A stretch of 32,931 nt of DNA from Candidatus Delongbacteria bacterium. GTDB taxonomy: Bacteria; UBA4055. Under the pieces are notes generated by a model. That model made no database searches, was not told where the DNA came from, and saw only the letters and a program-made list of their open reading frames with translations. The translations under genes and the position numbers were made by a program. Where the stretch lies: assembly GCA_016937995.1 (NCBI GenBank), contig JAFGVM010000017.1, positions 1 through 32,931 on the forward strand. Reading direction: 5' to 3'. The first letter of the stretch is position 1; each line of letters opens with the position of its first letter. Positions 25,343 to 32,931 of the stretch are shown one piece after another.

Positions 25343-26725
25343 TTATATTTGACTGTATCTATCTTCAGCAAACCTGTCAATATTATCCTCAAACTTCAAA
25401 CATTTTTTATCAAAATGAAGGTTGACGATCCCGGTCGGACCACTTCTCTGCTTACCGATAATAACTTCAGCAAGACCTGACTGATCCCGCCCGTTAGCAT
25501 CCTTTATACCATAAAATTCAGGTCTTAAAATGAACATAACAAGGTCTGCATCCTGCTCGATCGCACCTGATTCCCGAAGATCAGAAAGAATAGGTCTCTT
25601 GTCCTGTCTTTTATCAACCTCTCTGTTCAGCTGTGATAGGACCATAATTGGAACATCAAGTTCTTTTGAAAGACCTTTTAATGCTCTGGATATCCTGGAA
25701 ATACCTTCATGTCTCTCTATCTTTGAGTCTGTCTCCATCAAACCGATATAATCAATAATGATCAGACCGATATTTTTATCTTTTTTCAATCTTCGGCATT
25801 TTGTTCTAAGCTCAAGAACATTCAGTGAAGTGGAATCATCAATGAAAATTGGAAGTTCTGCAAGGGCACCCATTGCAATGCCAAGAGATGTCCATTCATC
25901 AGCCTGTAGATTTCCGGCTTTAAGATTTTTAAGGCTGACATTACCAACCATAGAAAGTAATCTCATTGCCAATTCACTTCTACCCATTTCAAGGCTGAAA
26001 ATAGCTACCGGAGTCTTTTCTTCTGATCTCGCTGCATTTATAGCAAAATTCAAAGCCAGCTGAGTTTTTCCCATACTAGGTCTTGCAGCAAGAACTAAAA
26101 GATTACTGTTCTGCCATCCGGCTGTCAGTGAATCAAGTCTCTCATATCCTGAAGTAACACCTGAGACATCACCTGATTTTTTACTCCACTCTTCTATCTG
26201 TGCGTATACTTTATATAATGATTCCTCAATTTGTAAAGGTATGTTCCTCTGCTTTTTTTCCGCCAGTTCAAATAATTCCCCACTGAGCTTGTCCAATAAC
26301 TGATTGGCCTCTTTCTCCTCAGAATATGCAGTTTCTATAGAATCAGTGCTTAAGTGTATTAATGATCTCAGCAAATATTTATTTTGAACTATTTCTGCAT
26401 AATGCCTGATATTTGCGCTTGTGGAAATTGCATCTATTACTTCTGCCAGATAAGGAGCTCCTCCTGCATCACTTAGTTTCCCTGTCTTATGAAGGTGATT
26501 TTTTAAACTAAGCAGATCAATAGCATGATTATTTGACATGAGATTTTTCATTGCCTGATAAATATATCTGTGTTGTTTTGAATAAAAATATGATTCCTCT
26601 GGACGCATATCACCTAGTTTTTCATCCCAGTCCTCATCTATCATAATACAACAAAGTAATGCTTTTTCTATTTCAAGGTCATGCGGTGGTATTTTTTTTA
26701 TATCTTCGTTCATCTCAGGATCCAT
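25343..26725 (-). CDS. dnaB: Replicative DNA helicase DnaB
   Basis: PPHDLEIEKALL, LAARPSMGKT, FSLEM, IIIDYIGL, LSQLNR, RPILSDLRESGAIEQDAD, KQRSGPTG; no intein at 460 aa. Confidence 0.98.
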   Translation of the reverse strand: MDPEMNEDIKKIPPHDLEIEKALLCCIMIDEDWDEKLGDMRPEESYFYSKQHRYIYQAMKNLMSNNHAIDLLSLKNHLHKTGKLSDAGGAPYLAEVIDAISTSANIRHYAEIVQNKYLLRSLIHLSTDSIETAYSEEKEANQLLDKLSGELFELAEKKQRNIPLQIEESLYKVYAQIEEWSKKSGDVSGVTSGYERLDSLTAGWQNSNLLVLAARPSMGKTQLALNFAINAARSEEKTPVAIFSLEMGRSELAMRLLSMVGNVSLKNLKAGNLQADEWTSLGIAMGALAELPIFIDDSTSLNVLELRTKCRRLKKDKNIGLIIIDYIGLMETDSKIERHEGISRISRALKGLSKELDVPIMVLSQLNREVDKRQDKRPILSDLRESGAIEQDADLVMFILRPEFYGIKDANGRDQSGLAEVIIGKQRSGPTGIVNLHFDKKCLKFEDNIDRFAEDRYSQI

Positions 26726-26973
26726 TTTGATATTTTGACTGATTTATTCGGGACGTTCAAGATACTTGTAAAATTTTAATTCCTCAATATTAATGTCAGA
26801 AAATTTTATTTTTTTTGTTCCACTGCCTAAAATTGTGAAAAAAATTGCCAAATCTCACTTTTTATGAATGTGAATTATGTTGATAAAAAATACTGTATTG
26901 ATTTATATGACCAAATAAAGTAAATTTATCCCCTTACTCGCAATGTGTATAACCTAACAGAGAAACTGATTTT

Positions 26974-27840
26974 ATGCTTATTTTACTTGTCATTATAAAT
27001 TTATTATGGGCTTCTACCTTTATCTTCGGAAAAGTACTTTTGGTCGATTATGAATTACCTGTCTCATTTATCATCTCATTTCGATTTTTACTTGCAGGTA
27101 TCACTGTAGGAATATTCTTTAAGAAAAAGATCACATTGAACAGGAATAATATCATAAAAGGTAGTATAATCGGTTCCATCAATGGTCTTGCAATGATATT
27201 TCAGCTTGTCGGACTTCAATATACAACTGCATCAAATTCGGGATTCCTGACTGCAACATATATTTTATTCTTACCTTTTGTTGAAAAACTATTCTGGAGG
27301 AACAAGATCAGGGCGATAGTTCTTTTCAGTGTGGCTACCGCATTTATCGGAGTTTATCTTCTTTCTGTAAGCGACATAGGCAGTTTCAGCTTTAATATTG
27401 GTGATATTTATACGATCGCATGTGGTTTGACCTTTGCTTTCCAGATCATGTTCATCAGCCATTTTACAAAAGAAAAAAATATGTTCTCACTGATATTCGT
27501 TCAATTTATTGCAAGCGCTGTTCTGGGATTCGGTTACCTGGGTTATGAGATATTTGTGTTTGGAAGGTCTATCGATCTTGATACAGTATTTGACCCTATC
27601 GTAATTTTAACACTTGTATTTCTTGCTGTATTTGCTACATTTATTCCATTTTCACTTCAATTTTATATTCAAAAGAGAATTCAGCCTACTATTGCAGGAT
27701 TAGGATATCTGATGGAGCCAGTTTTTACTGTTATACTTGCTGTAATTTTTCTCAGTGAAGGTTTTGGATGGCAGACATTTTTTGGGGTTTTACTTATTCT
27801 GACAGGTATTATTATGGTCAATATTAAGAAAAAAGCTTGA
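26974..27840 (+). CDS. DMT/EamA-family transporter
   Basis: About 10 hydrophobic segments; LWASTF, RFLLA, GLQYTTAS, GD, EPVF. Confidence 0.93.
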   Translation: MLILLVIINLLWASTFIFGKVLLVDYELPVSFIISFRFLLAGITVGIFFKKKITLNRNNIIKGSIIGSINGLAMIFQLVGLQYTTASNSGFLTATYILFLPFVEKLFWRNKIRAIVLFSVATAFIGVYLLSVSDIGSFSFNIGDIYTIACGLTFAFQIMFISHFTKEKNMFSLIFVQFIASAVLGFGYLGYEIFVFGRSIDLDTVFDPIVILTLVFLAVFATFIPFSLQFYIQKRIQPTIAGLGYLMEPVFTVILAVIFLSEGFGWQTFFGVLLILTGIIMVNIKKKA

Positions 27841-27875
27841 CTTTTACACTTGCCGTATATACATTATGTATACGG
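27837..27875 (+). promoter_or_regulatory. Toxin-antitoxin promoter with autoregulatory operator
   Basis: TTGACT (27837-27842), 17-bp spacer, TACATT (27860-27865); palindrome TATACAT-T-ATGTATA (27858-27872) inside CCGTA...TACGG. Confidence 0.75.
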
Positions 27876-27887
27876 AAGAGGCTTTAA

Positions 27888-28115
27888 ATGATCAAAAAAA
27901 TGATAAAACATGGAAACAGCTCCGCACTTGTAATTGATAAACCAATTATCGAACTGCTTCATATTGATGAGAGTACCGCATTAGAACTTTCTACTGACGG
28001 AAAAAATATCATTATTTCTCCCGTAAGTGATGAAAAAAGGATGGACAGACTGAAAAATTCTCTCGACTTTATCAATAGAACTCATTCAAAAACTTTAAAT
28101 AAACTATCTGAATGA
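27888..28115 (+). CDS. AbrB/MazE-type antitoxin
   Basis: KHGNSSALVIDK, LELSTDGKNIIISP; ATGA overlap with the toxin gene. Confidence 0.9.
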   Translation: MIKKMIKHGNSSALVIDKPIIELLHIDESTALELSTDGKNIIISPVSDEKRMDRLKNSLDFINRTHSKTLNKLSE

Positions 28116-28519
28116 AAAAAGCTGTCTTATTTCTTACACTTGCAGAAGTAATAGAGATCCATAACAATCAAATTGAAATATACGGCGGCAGGAAAGGCTT
28201 GAGAGATATTACCCTTTTAAGCTCAGCTCTATCTATGGCTGAGACAACCTTTGAAGGCAAATATTTACATACTGATCTTTTCAGTATGGCAGCAGCATAT
28301 ATTTTTCATATTTGCCAGAATCATCCGTTTGTAGATGGAAATAAAAGGGTAGCTCTTGTAACCGGTCTGGTATTTCTTGATTTTAATGGAATTATTTTAA
28401 CAGATCCTAATGAAGAACTATATACGATGATGATGAAAGTAGCAAAAGGAAAAGAGAACAAAGAATTTATTTCTAACATTTTAAGAAAACTTTCAGAATG
28501 TATAATCAAGAACAAATAA
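28112..28519 (+). CDS. doc: Death-on-curing (Doc/Fic) family toxin
   Basis: EIHN..I..YGG..GLRD..LLSSAL, NHPFVDGNKRVA, FLDFNG. Confidence 0.93.
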   Translation: MKKAVLFLTLAEVIEIHNNQIEIYGGRKGLRDITLLSSALSMAETTFEGKYLHTDLFSMAAAYIFHICQNHPFVDGNKRVALVTGLVFLDFNGIILTDPNEELYTMMMKVAKGKENKEFISNILRKLSECIIKNK

Positions 28520-28532
28520 TTTAGGAATTTTT

Positions 28533-29297
28533 ATGAAAATCTACTCATTTAACGTAAATGGTATCAGAGCAGCATCGAAAAAAGGTTTCTTTGAATGGTT
28601 AGACTCTGAGAAACCTGATATCCTATGTCTTCAGGAAACAAAGATACATGATGATCAGCTGGAAGATGATATGAGGAACCGTGAGGGATATCATTCTTAT
28701 TTTTCATTTGCAGTTAAAAAGGGCTATAGCGGAACAGCAGTATATTCTAAGATAAAACCAAAGAACGTAACCTATGGAGTCGGAATAGAAGAATTCGACA
28801 CGGAAGGAAGGATCGTCCAGGCCGAGTATAAAGATTTTACATTGTTGAATATTTATTTCCCGAACGGCCAAATGAGTGACACAAGACTTGATTATAAACT
28901 GAGATTCTATGATGCTATTCTGGAACATTGTGAAAAACTTAGATCAGCAGGAACAAACCTTGTCATTTGCGGAGATTACAACACTGCACATCATCCTATA
29001 GACCTTAAAAATCCGAAATCAAATGAAACCAGATCAGGCTTCCTCCCTGTAGAAAGAGAATGGATGACAAAATTTGAAAATACCGGATACGTTGATACTT
29101 TTAGAAAATTATACCCTGAAAAAGTGGAATATTCATGGTGGAGCTATAGATTTAATGCAAGACAGAATAATGCCGGATGGAGAATAGACTATCATTTTGT
29201 AAATAAAGAATTCTTTAATAAAGTAAAAGATTCATACATCTTAAATGAAGTGGAAGGATCCGATCACTGTCCTGTTGTACTTGAATTAGATTTGTAA
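28533..29297 (+). CDS. xth: Exodeoxyribonuclease III (AP endonuclease)
   Basis: SFNVNGIRA, LCLQETK, GYSG, EGR, YFPNG, GDYNTAH, YSWWSYR, GWRIDY, SDHCPV. Confidence 0.97.
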   Translation: MKIYSFNVNGIRAASKKGFFEWLDSEKPDILCLQETKIHDDQLEDDMRNREGYHSYFSFAVKKGYSGTAVYSKIKPKNVTYGVGIEEFDTEGRIVQAEYKDFTLLNIYFPNGQMSDTRLDYKLRFYDAILEHCEKLRSAGTNLVICGDYNTAHHPIDLKNPKSNETRSGFLPVEREWMTKFENTGYVDTFRKLYPEKVEYSWWSYRFNARQNNAGWRIDYHFVNKEFFNKVKDSYILNEVEGSDHCPVVLELDL

Positions 29298-29324
29298 GGG
29301 TCGCAGATCTGTGACCCTTACAAA
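29291..29324. repeat. REP-like palindrome overlapping the xth stop; may also act as a terminator between convergent genes
   Basis: TTTGTAAGGGTCGCAG-AT-CTGTGACCCTTACAAA. Confidence 0.7.
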
Positions 29325-29330
29325 ATCCGC

Positions 29331-30011
29331 TTACTCTATCGGTCTTATATCCAAATATTTAACATGCATTGTAAAATACGACATTGTCCCACCGTAAGGC
29401 ATAGCGATCGGCTCAAGAACTTTAAATTTTACACGGTATTTCCTTCCCTGAATTAAACTTTCAAGCCTACTTGCCTGCTTATCCGAAGTTAACCAATCCT
29501 TTGGTTTTCCACCCGGATTTACCGAACTGTAGTACTGTGTTCTCAGTTTCCAGCTCTTCTCCTGGAACATATAATTTTGAGTAATATTCTTTTTCATACT
29601 GAAATCAAGAGTAATAACAGCATCTTTGGCAAAAAGTTTTTCTACTTTACTCTTATATTCGTCCGACTTATCATAGAATTCTTTTGCAGAAACACTTTTC
29701 CCTCTTCTTTCATAGGCTTTGGCTGTTTCTACTGCCTCAAGGTATTCTTCTACATCAGCAATTATTGCAGTAATATTTGCTGAAGATTTATTAAAAACAC
29801 CTTTTGATGAAGCGGTGTTCGTTGAAGTGCTTGTTGATGATTTGGTCTTAGGTTTACTTTTTTTACCGGCTATCACTGTTTCAAGACTGTCTATCTTTGC
29901 TTCAAGCTTAGCAATTTTATTCTTATTTTCCTCCTGGGTACTCAAGTCTATACATCCGGTGAACACGAATGCAAGCACAATTGTAAAAACTACTACTGAA
30001 CATCTTTTCAT
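29331..30011 (-). CDS. Hypothetical lipoprotein with short coiled coil and Ser/Thr-rich linker
   Basis: Start moved to ATG 30011 (GGAGGGG RBS); FTGC lipobox; KIAKLEAKIDSLE; SSTSTSTNTASS. Confidence 0.75.
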   Translation of the reverse strand: MKRCSVVVFTIVLAFVFTGCIDLSTQEENKNKIAKLEAKIDSLETVIAGKKSKPKTKSSTSTSTNTASSKGVFNKSSANITAIIADVEEYLEAVETAKAYERRGKSVSAKEFYDKSDEYKSKVEKLFAKDAVITLDFSMKKNITQNYMFQEKSWKLRTQYYSSVNPGGKPKDWLTSDKQASRLESLIQGRKYRVKFKVLEPIAMPYGGTMSYFTMHVKYLDIRPIE

Positions 30012-30081
30012 TTCCCCTCCTCTAAATAATTTATGAACTATCATTATTAATATAACAAATCGTTTACAAATTTGCCAAAAT

Positions 30082-30107
30082 AAAAAAGGCAGGTCATTAA
30101 CCTGCCC
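30082..30107 (-). terminator. Intrinsic terminator after serS
   Basis: Minus strand GGCAGGT-TAATG-ACCTGCC-TTTTTT. Confidence 0.85.
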
Positions 30108-30122
30108 TCCAATTCTCCATTA

Positions 30123-31388
30123 TCAATTTATGAGATCAAACCCGGTGTATTTTCTAAGAACCTCGGGAACCGTGATAGATCCATCCTCATTTTGATAATG
30201 CTCCATCAAAGAGACCATCAATCTTGAAGTTGCCAACCCGCTTCCATTTAGAGTATGAATAAATTCTGGTTTCGCTTTTGGTTCAGGTCTATAACGGATG
30301 TTCATTCTTCTTGCTTGAAAATCTTCAAAGTTACTGCATGATGATGCTTCTAAATATTTATCTTCAGCCGGTGACCATGTCTCTATATCATAGCATTTTG
30401 CTGCTCCAAAACTAAGATCTCCGGTACAAAGCTCCAATACTCTGTATGGAATTTTCAGTTCTCCAAGAATTCCTTCAACCCTTTTCAGCAACTCTTCCAG
30501 TTCATCGTAAGAAGTCTCAGGCCTTACAAATTTTACCATCTCAACTTTATTGAATTGATGAACTCTTAACAAACCTTTAGTTTCTTTACCATAACTTCCC
30601 GCTTCTCTTCTGAAACAAGGTGTATATCCTGTATAATTTATAGGTAATTCTTTAACATCAAGCATTTCTTCTCTGTGAATATTTGTAAGAGTTACTTCAC
30701 CGGTCGGGATCAAATATATGTCATCTCTTTCACTGTAATACATATCATCTTTCAACTTTGGTAGTTGAGAAGTTCCCTCCATTGCGGAAGGTAGTGCTAC
30801 TATTGGTGGAATCACTTCCCTATATCCGTCTTTAATATGAAATTCAAGCATATAATTTATCAATGCTCTTTCGAGCTGTGCTCCTTTCCCGATATATAAA
30901 GGAAATCCTGAACCTGACATTCTGCTTGCACGCTTAAAGTCCATAATTCCAAGTTTTTCGGTAAGTTCAATATGATCAAGAACTTTAAAACCAAAGTTTC
31001 TCTTCTCACCAACCTCTTTTACAGTGACATTTTCTTTCTCACTCTTACCTACAGGAACTGAATCATGAGGTAAATTTGGAATTGACATCATTATTTCTCT
31101 GATATCTACATCTATCTCTCTGATCTTACCGTCCAGAACAGCTATATTATCACCGATCTCTCTTGTTGCTGTGATCGGCTCAGTTGCGTCTTTTTTTTCT
31201 CTTTTCAGCTGAGCTATCATTTGCGTAGCTTTATTTCTTTCAGCTTTTAACTGCTCTACTTCACCCAGAAGATTTCTTCTGTCAGTATCAAGTTTTAATA
31301 ATTTATCAATATCAATTATAGTATTTTTTGTTTCTAATCTCTTTTTAACTTCATCAGGATTTTCCCTGATATATTTAATGTCTAACAT
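30123..31388 (-). CDS. serS: Serine--tRNA ligase
   Basis: MLDIKYIREN, IPNLPH, YLIPTGEV, CFRREAGSYG, RVHQFNKVE, EASSCSNFEDFQARR, HTLNGSGLA; start ATG 31388 with GGAG RBS. Confidence 0.98.
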   Translation of the reverse strand: MLDIKYIRENPDEVKKRLETKNTIIDIDKLLKLDTDRRNLLGEVEQLKAERNKATQMIAQLKREKKDATEPITATREIGDNIAVLDGKIREIDVDIREIMMSIPNLPHDSVPVGKSEKENVTVKEVGEKRNFGFKVLDHIELTEKLGIMDFKRASRMSGSGFPLYIGKGAQLERALINYMLEFHIKDGYREVIPPIVALPSAMEGTSQLPKLKDDMYYSERDDIYLIPTGEVTLTNIHREEMLDVKELPINYTGYTPCFRREAGSYGKETKGLLRVHQFNKVEMVKFVRPETSYDELEELLKRVEGILGELKIPYRVLELCTGDLSFGAAKCYDIETWSPAEDKYLEASSCSNFEDFQARRMNIRYRPEPKAKPEFIHTLNGSGLATSRLMVSLMEHYQNEDGSITVPEVLRKYTGFDLIN

Positions 31389-31496
31389 TATATGCTCCAA
31401 TTTTTTGTATTTATGGCTTGTAATATAAAAAATATTTATGTTTTAGCAATTTGTTTTAATCTTTAAGGAATTAAAACAAATTCATAAACCAGGAAT

Positions 31497-32690
31497 TTAT
31501 TTCATTAATATCATTTTTTTTGTCGATCGAACACCGTTAACTTCAAGCTGATAAAAATATAGACCCGAATTCAAATCCTGACCATCGAAACTGAAACTAT
31601 GGGAACCTTTCTCTAATCTTCCGACATTTAAAACTTTAACTACTTCACCGTTAGAATTAAAAACAGTAAGTTTAGTCACAGAATTATGCTTTAAAGTAAA
31701 ATTAATTTCTGTTGTCGGGTTGAACGGATTCGGATAATTCTGATGAAGTTCAAAATTTGAAATATTTCCGGAATAATATGTTTCTTCGATTCCTGTTGTT
31801 AGATTATAGACCTGCATTCTCATATACCATGCACCGTTGTAATCCGGAGTGTAAGAATTTGCCAATTCCCAGTAGTCATAATCCTCTAATTCAGCATATA
31901 TCCATGTGCCGGAACTCTCAGCATTTGGATCCATAGACATAAAATTACCGTCAGATGAGAAAACCAATGCCACATCCCCCGAAAAATATGTATCTGTAAA
32001 ATTAGATTGTATATAATCAAATTCAACATAAGAAGGTTCGTTCGCAGAACACAATAATGAATCCGCCATATCTCCGATCAGAATATCTGTTGGAACTTCA
32101 TTGAATTCAACAAGTTTCCAGTCCACCATTTCTTCTTCCTGAAAACCAAACTCTATCTGCTTAAGATACATTGAATCAGTACCGAAAGAAAAATGAGTGG
32201 CAGCTTTCCATTTAATTGTATCGATACCGACACAATATTGGGGTAAAAAACTGTATGCACTTCCCATTTCTATCCAGGAATATGCAGGATCATCTACTGT
32301 TAAAGTAAAAGTATCTGAAGTTTGGACTTCAAAAAGTGTATCTGCATAAACAGTATAAGTAATATCAGTTCTTCCAATTTGATCGCTTGAAGTTACTCTG
32401 ATATACAGATCATCGTTCAATATTGTTTGGGTTGCCGAAGCCAGGTTATTATCCATAATTACAACACCATTAGGATCATATGCTAGAAGTGGCAAACTGA
32501 ATCTGTTTTCAACATTTATTTCCAATACACTGTTGAAATACATGGACTTGCGGACAACTGGATTTATAACATAAAAACTATCCTGTTTTGCATCGCTTAA
32601 ACCCAGATGCTCTTTGTAAGTTGAAAAGGGATTTGCATAAGATATTGCTGCAAATATAATTATAAATATAACCGGTAGTGTTCTTTTCAT
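31497..32690 (-). CDS. Secreted acidic protein with C-terminal T9SS type A / FlgD-Ig-like sorting domain
   Basis: Signal peptide; C-terminal FELHQNYPNPFNPTTEINF...VFNSNGEVVKVL...SGLYFYQL...KKMILMK. Confidence 0.88.
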   Translation of the reverse strand: MKRTLPVIFIIIFAAISYANPFSTYKEHLGLSDAKQDSFYVINPVVRKSMYFNSVLEINVENRFSLPLLAYDPNGVVIMDNNLASATQTILNDDLYIRVTSSDQIGRTDITYTVYADTLFEVQTSDTFTLTVDDPAYSWIEMGSAYSFLPQYCVGIDTIKWKAATHFSFGTDSMYLKQIEFGFQEEEMVDWKLVEFNEVPTDILIGDMADSLLCSANEPSYVEFDYIQSNFTDTYFSGDVALVFSSDGNFMSMDPNAESSGTWIYAELEDYDYWELANSYTPDYNGAWYMRMQVYNLTTGIEETYYSGNISNFELHQNYPNPFNPTTEINFTLKHNSVTKLTVFNSNGEVVKVLNVGRLEKGSHSFSFDGQDLNSGLYFYQLEVNGVRSTKKMILMK

Positions 32691-32729
32691 TATTCGATCT
32701 TTAGTGTTTAGTTACAGTTGTTTAAACAG

Positions 32730-32758
32730 ATAATATAATATCTTTGTTCGAATGTCAA
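32730..32758 (-). promoter_or_regulatory. Putative sigma70 promoter of the 31497-32690 gene
   Basis: Minus strand TTGACA (32758-32753), 17-bp spacer, TATTAT (32735-32730). Confidence 0.6.
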
Positions 32759-32931
32759 ATTAAATTCTATTTGCAAACATACAGAAATGTATTTATCTTA
32801 CCACCCGTATTTCACTTGTGTGAAAACAAATGCGACTAAAATAAAGATATTGTGTAAAAATGCAGATTTTTTAGGAAGTAACGAAATTATAAAGTGAGTT
32901 TACAGACGTAAATGAACGAATATAATTTCTA

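Noticed and set aside
30123..31388. Functional clustering of serS with selB for Sec synthesis
   Set aside because: They are more than 15 kb apart with unrelated genes between, and serS is universal
1..32931. Selenoprotein genes by UGA read-through
   Set aside because: Genes ending in TGA (nuclease-like, DMT, antitoxin, serS) appear complete and run into neighbouring genes or terminators; no Cys-to-TGA motif seen by eye, though no exhaustive scan was possible

Overview
AT-rich chromosomal window from a diderm bacterium, probably in the FCB superphylum. This is inferred from an LptD-like gene, gmhB and a protein ending in a 'QNYPNPFNP' sorting domain. It is mostly housekeeping: tRNA(CAT), nif3-like gene, Zn-ribbon gene, RNase P RNA (rnpB), recJ, an M16C peptidase, rpsO, selB, lptD, gmhB, nadE, mrp, a stand-alone RapZ C-terminal domain, a YihY-wHTH fusion, dnaB, an AbrB-Doc toxin-antitoxin pair, xth and serS, plus several secreted or lipoprotein hypotheticals. 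I saw no transposase, integrase, prophage or CRISPR array. The most notable signals are non-coding: (i) three intergenic clusters mixing GTCA-tagged and GTAG-tagged short palindromes with short tandem repeats, with covarying stems; (ii) the P12 helix of the RNase P RNA closely matches the GTCA-type palindrome, and its P18 is reduced; (iii) palindromes that supply gene stop codons; (iv) a tandem TGTAAA-N14-TTTACA motif with a related copy 7.6 kb away; (v) a candidate anti-Shine-Dalgarno sRNA directly after the RapZ-CTD gene. There is also an orphan PD-(D/E)XK nuclease-like gene and a tandem-duplicated Zn-finger-like protein among core genes. All calls come from reading the sequence by eye; no database search or folding program was run.
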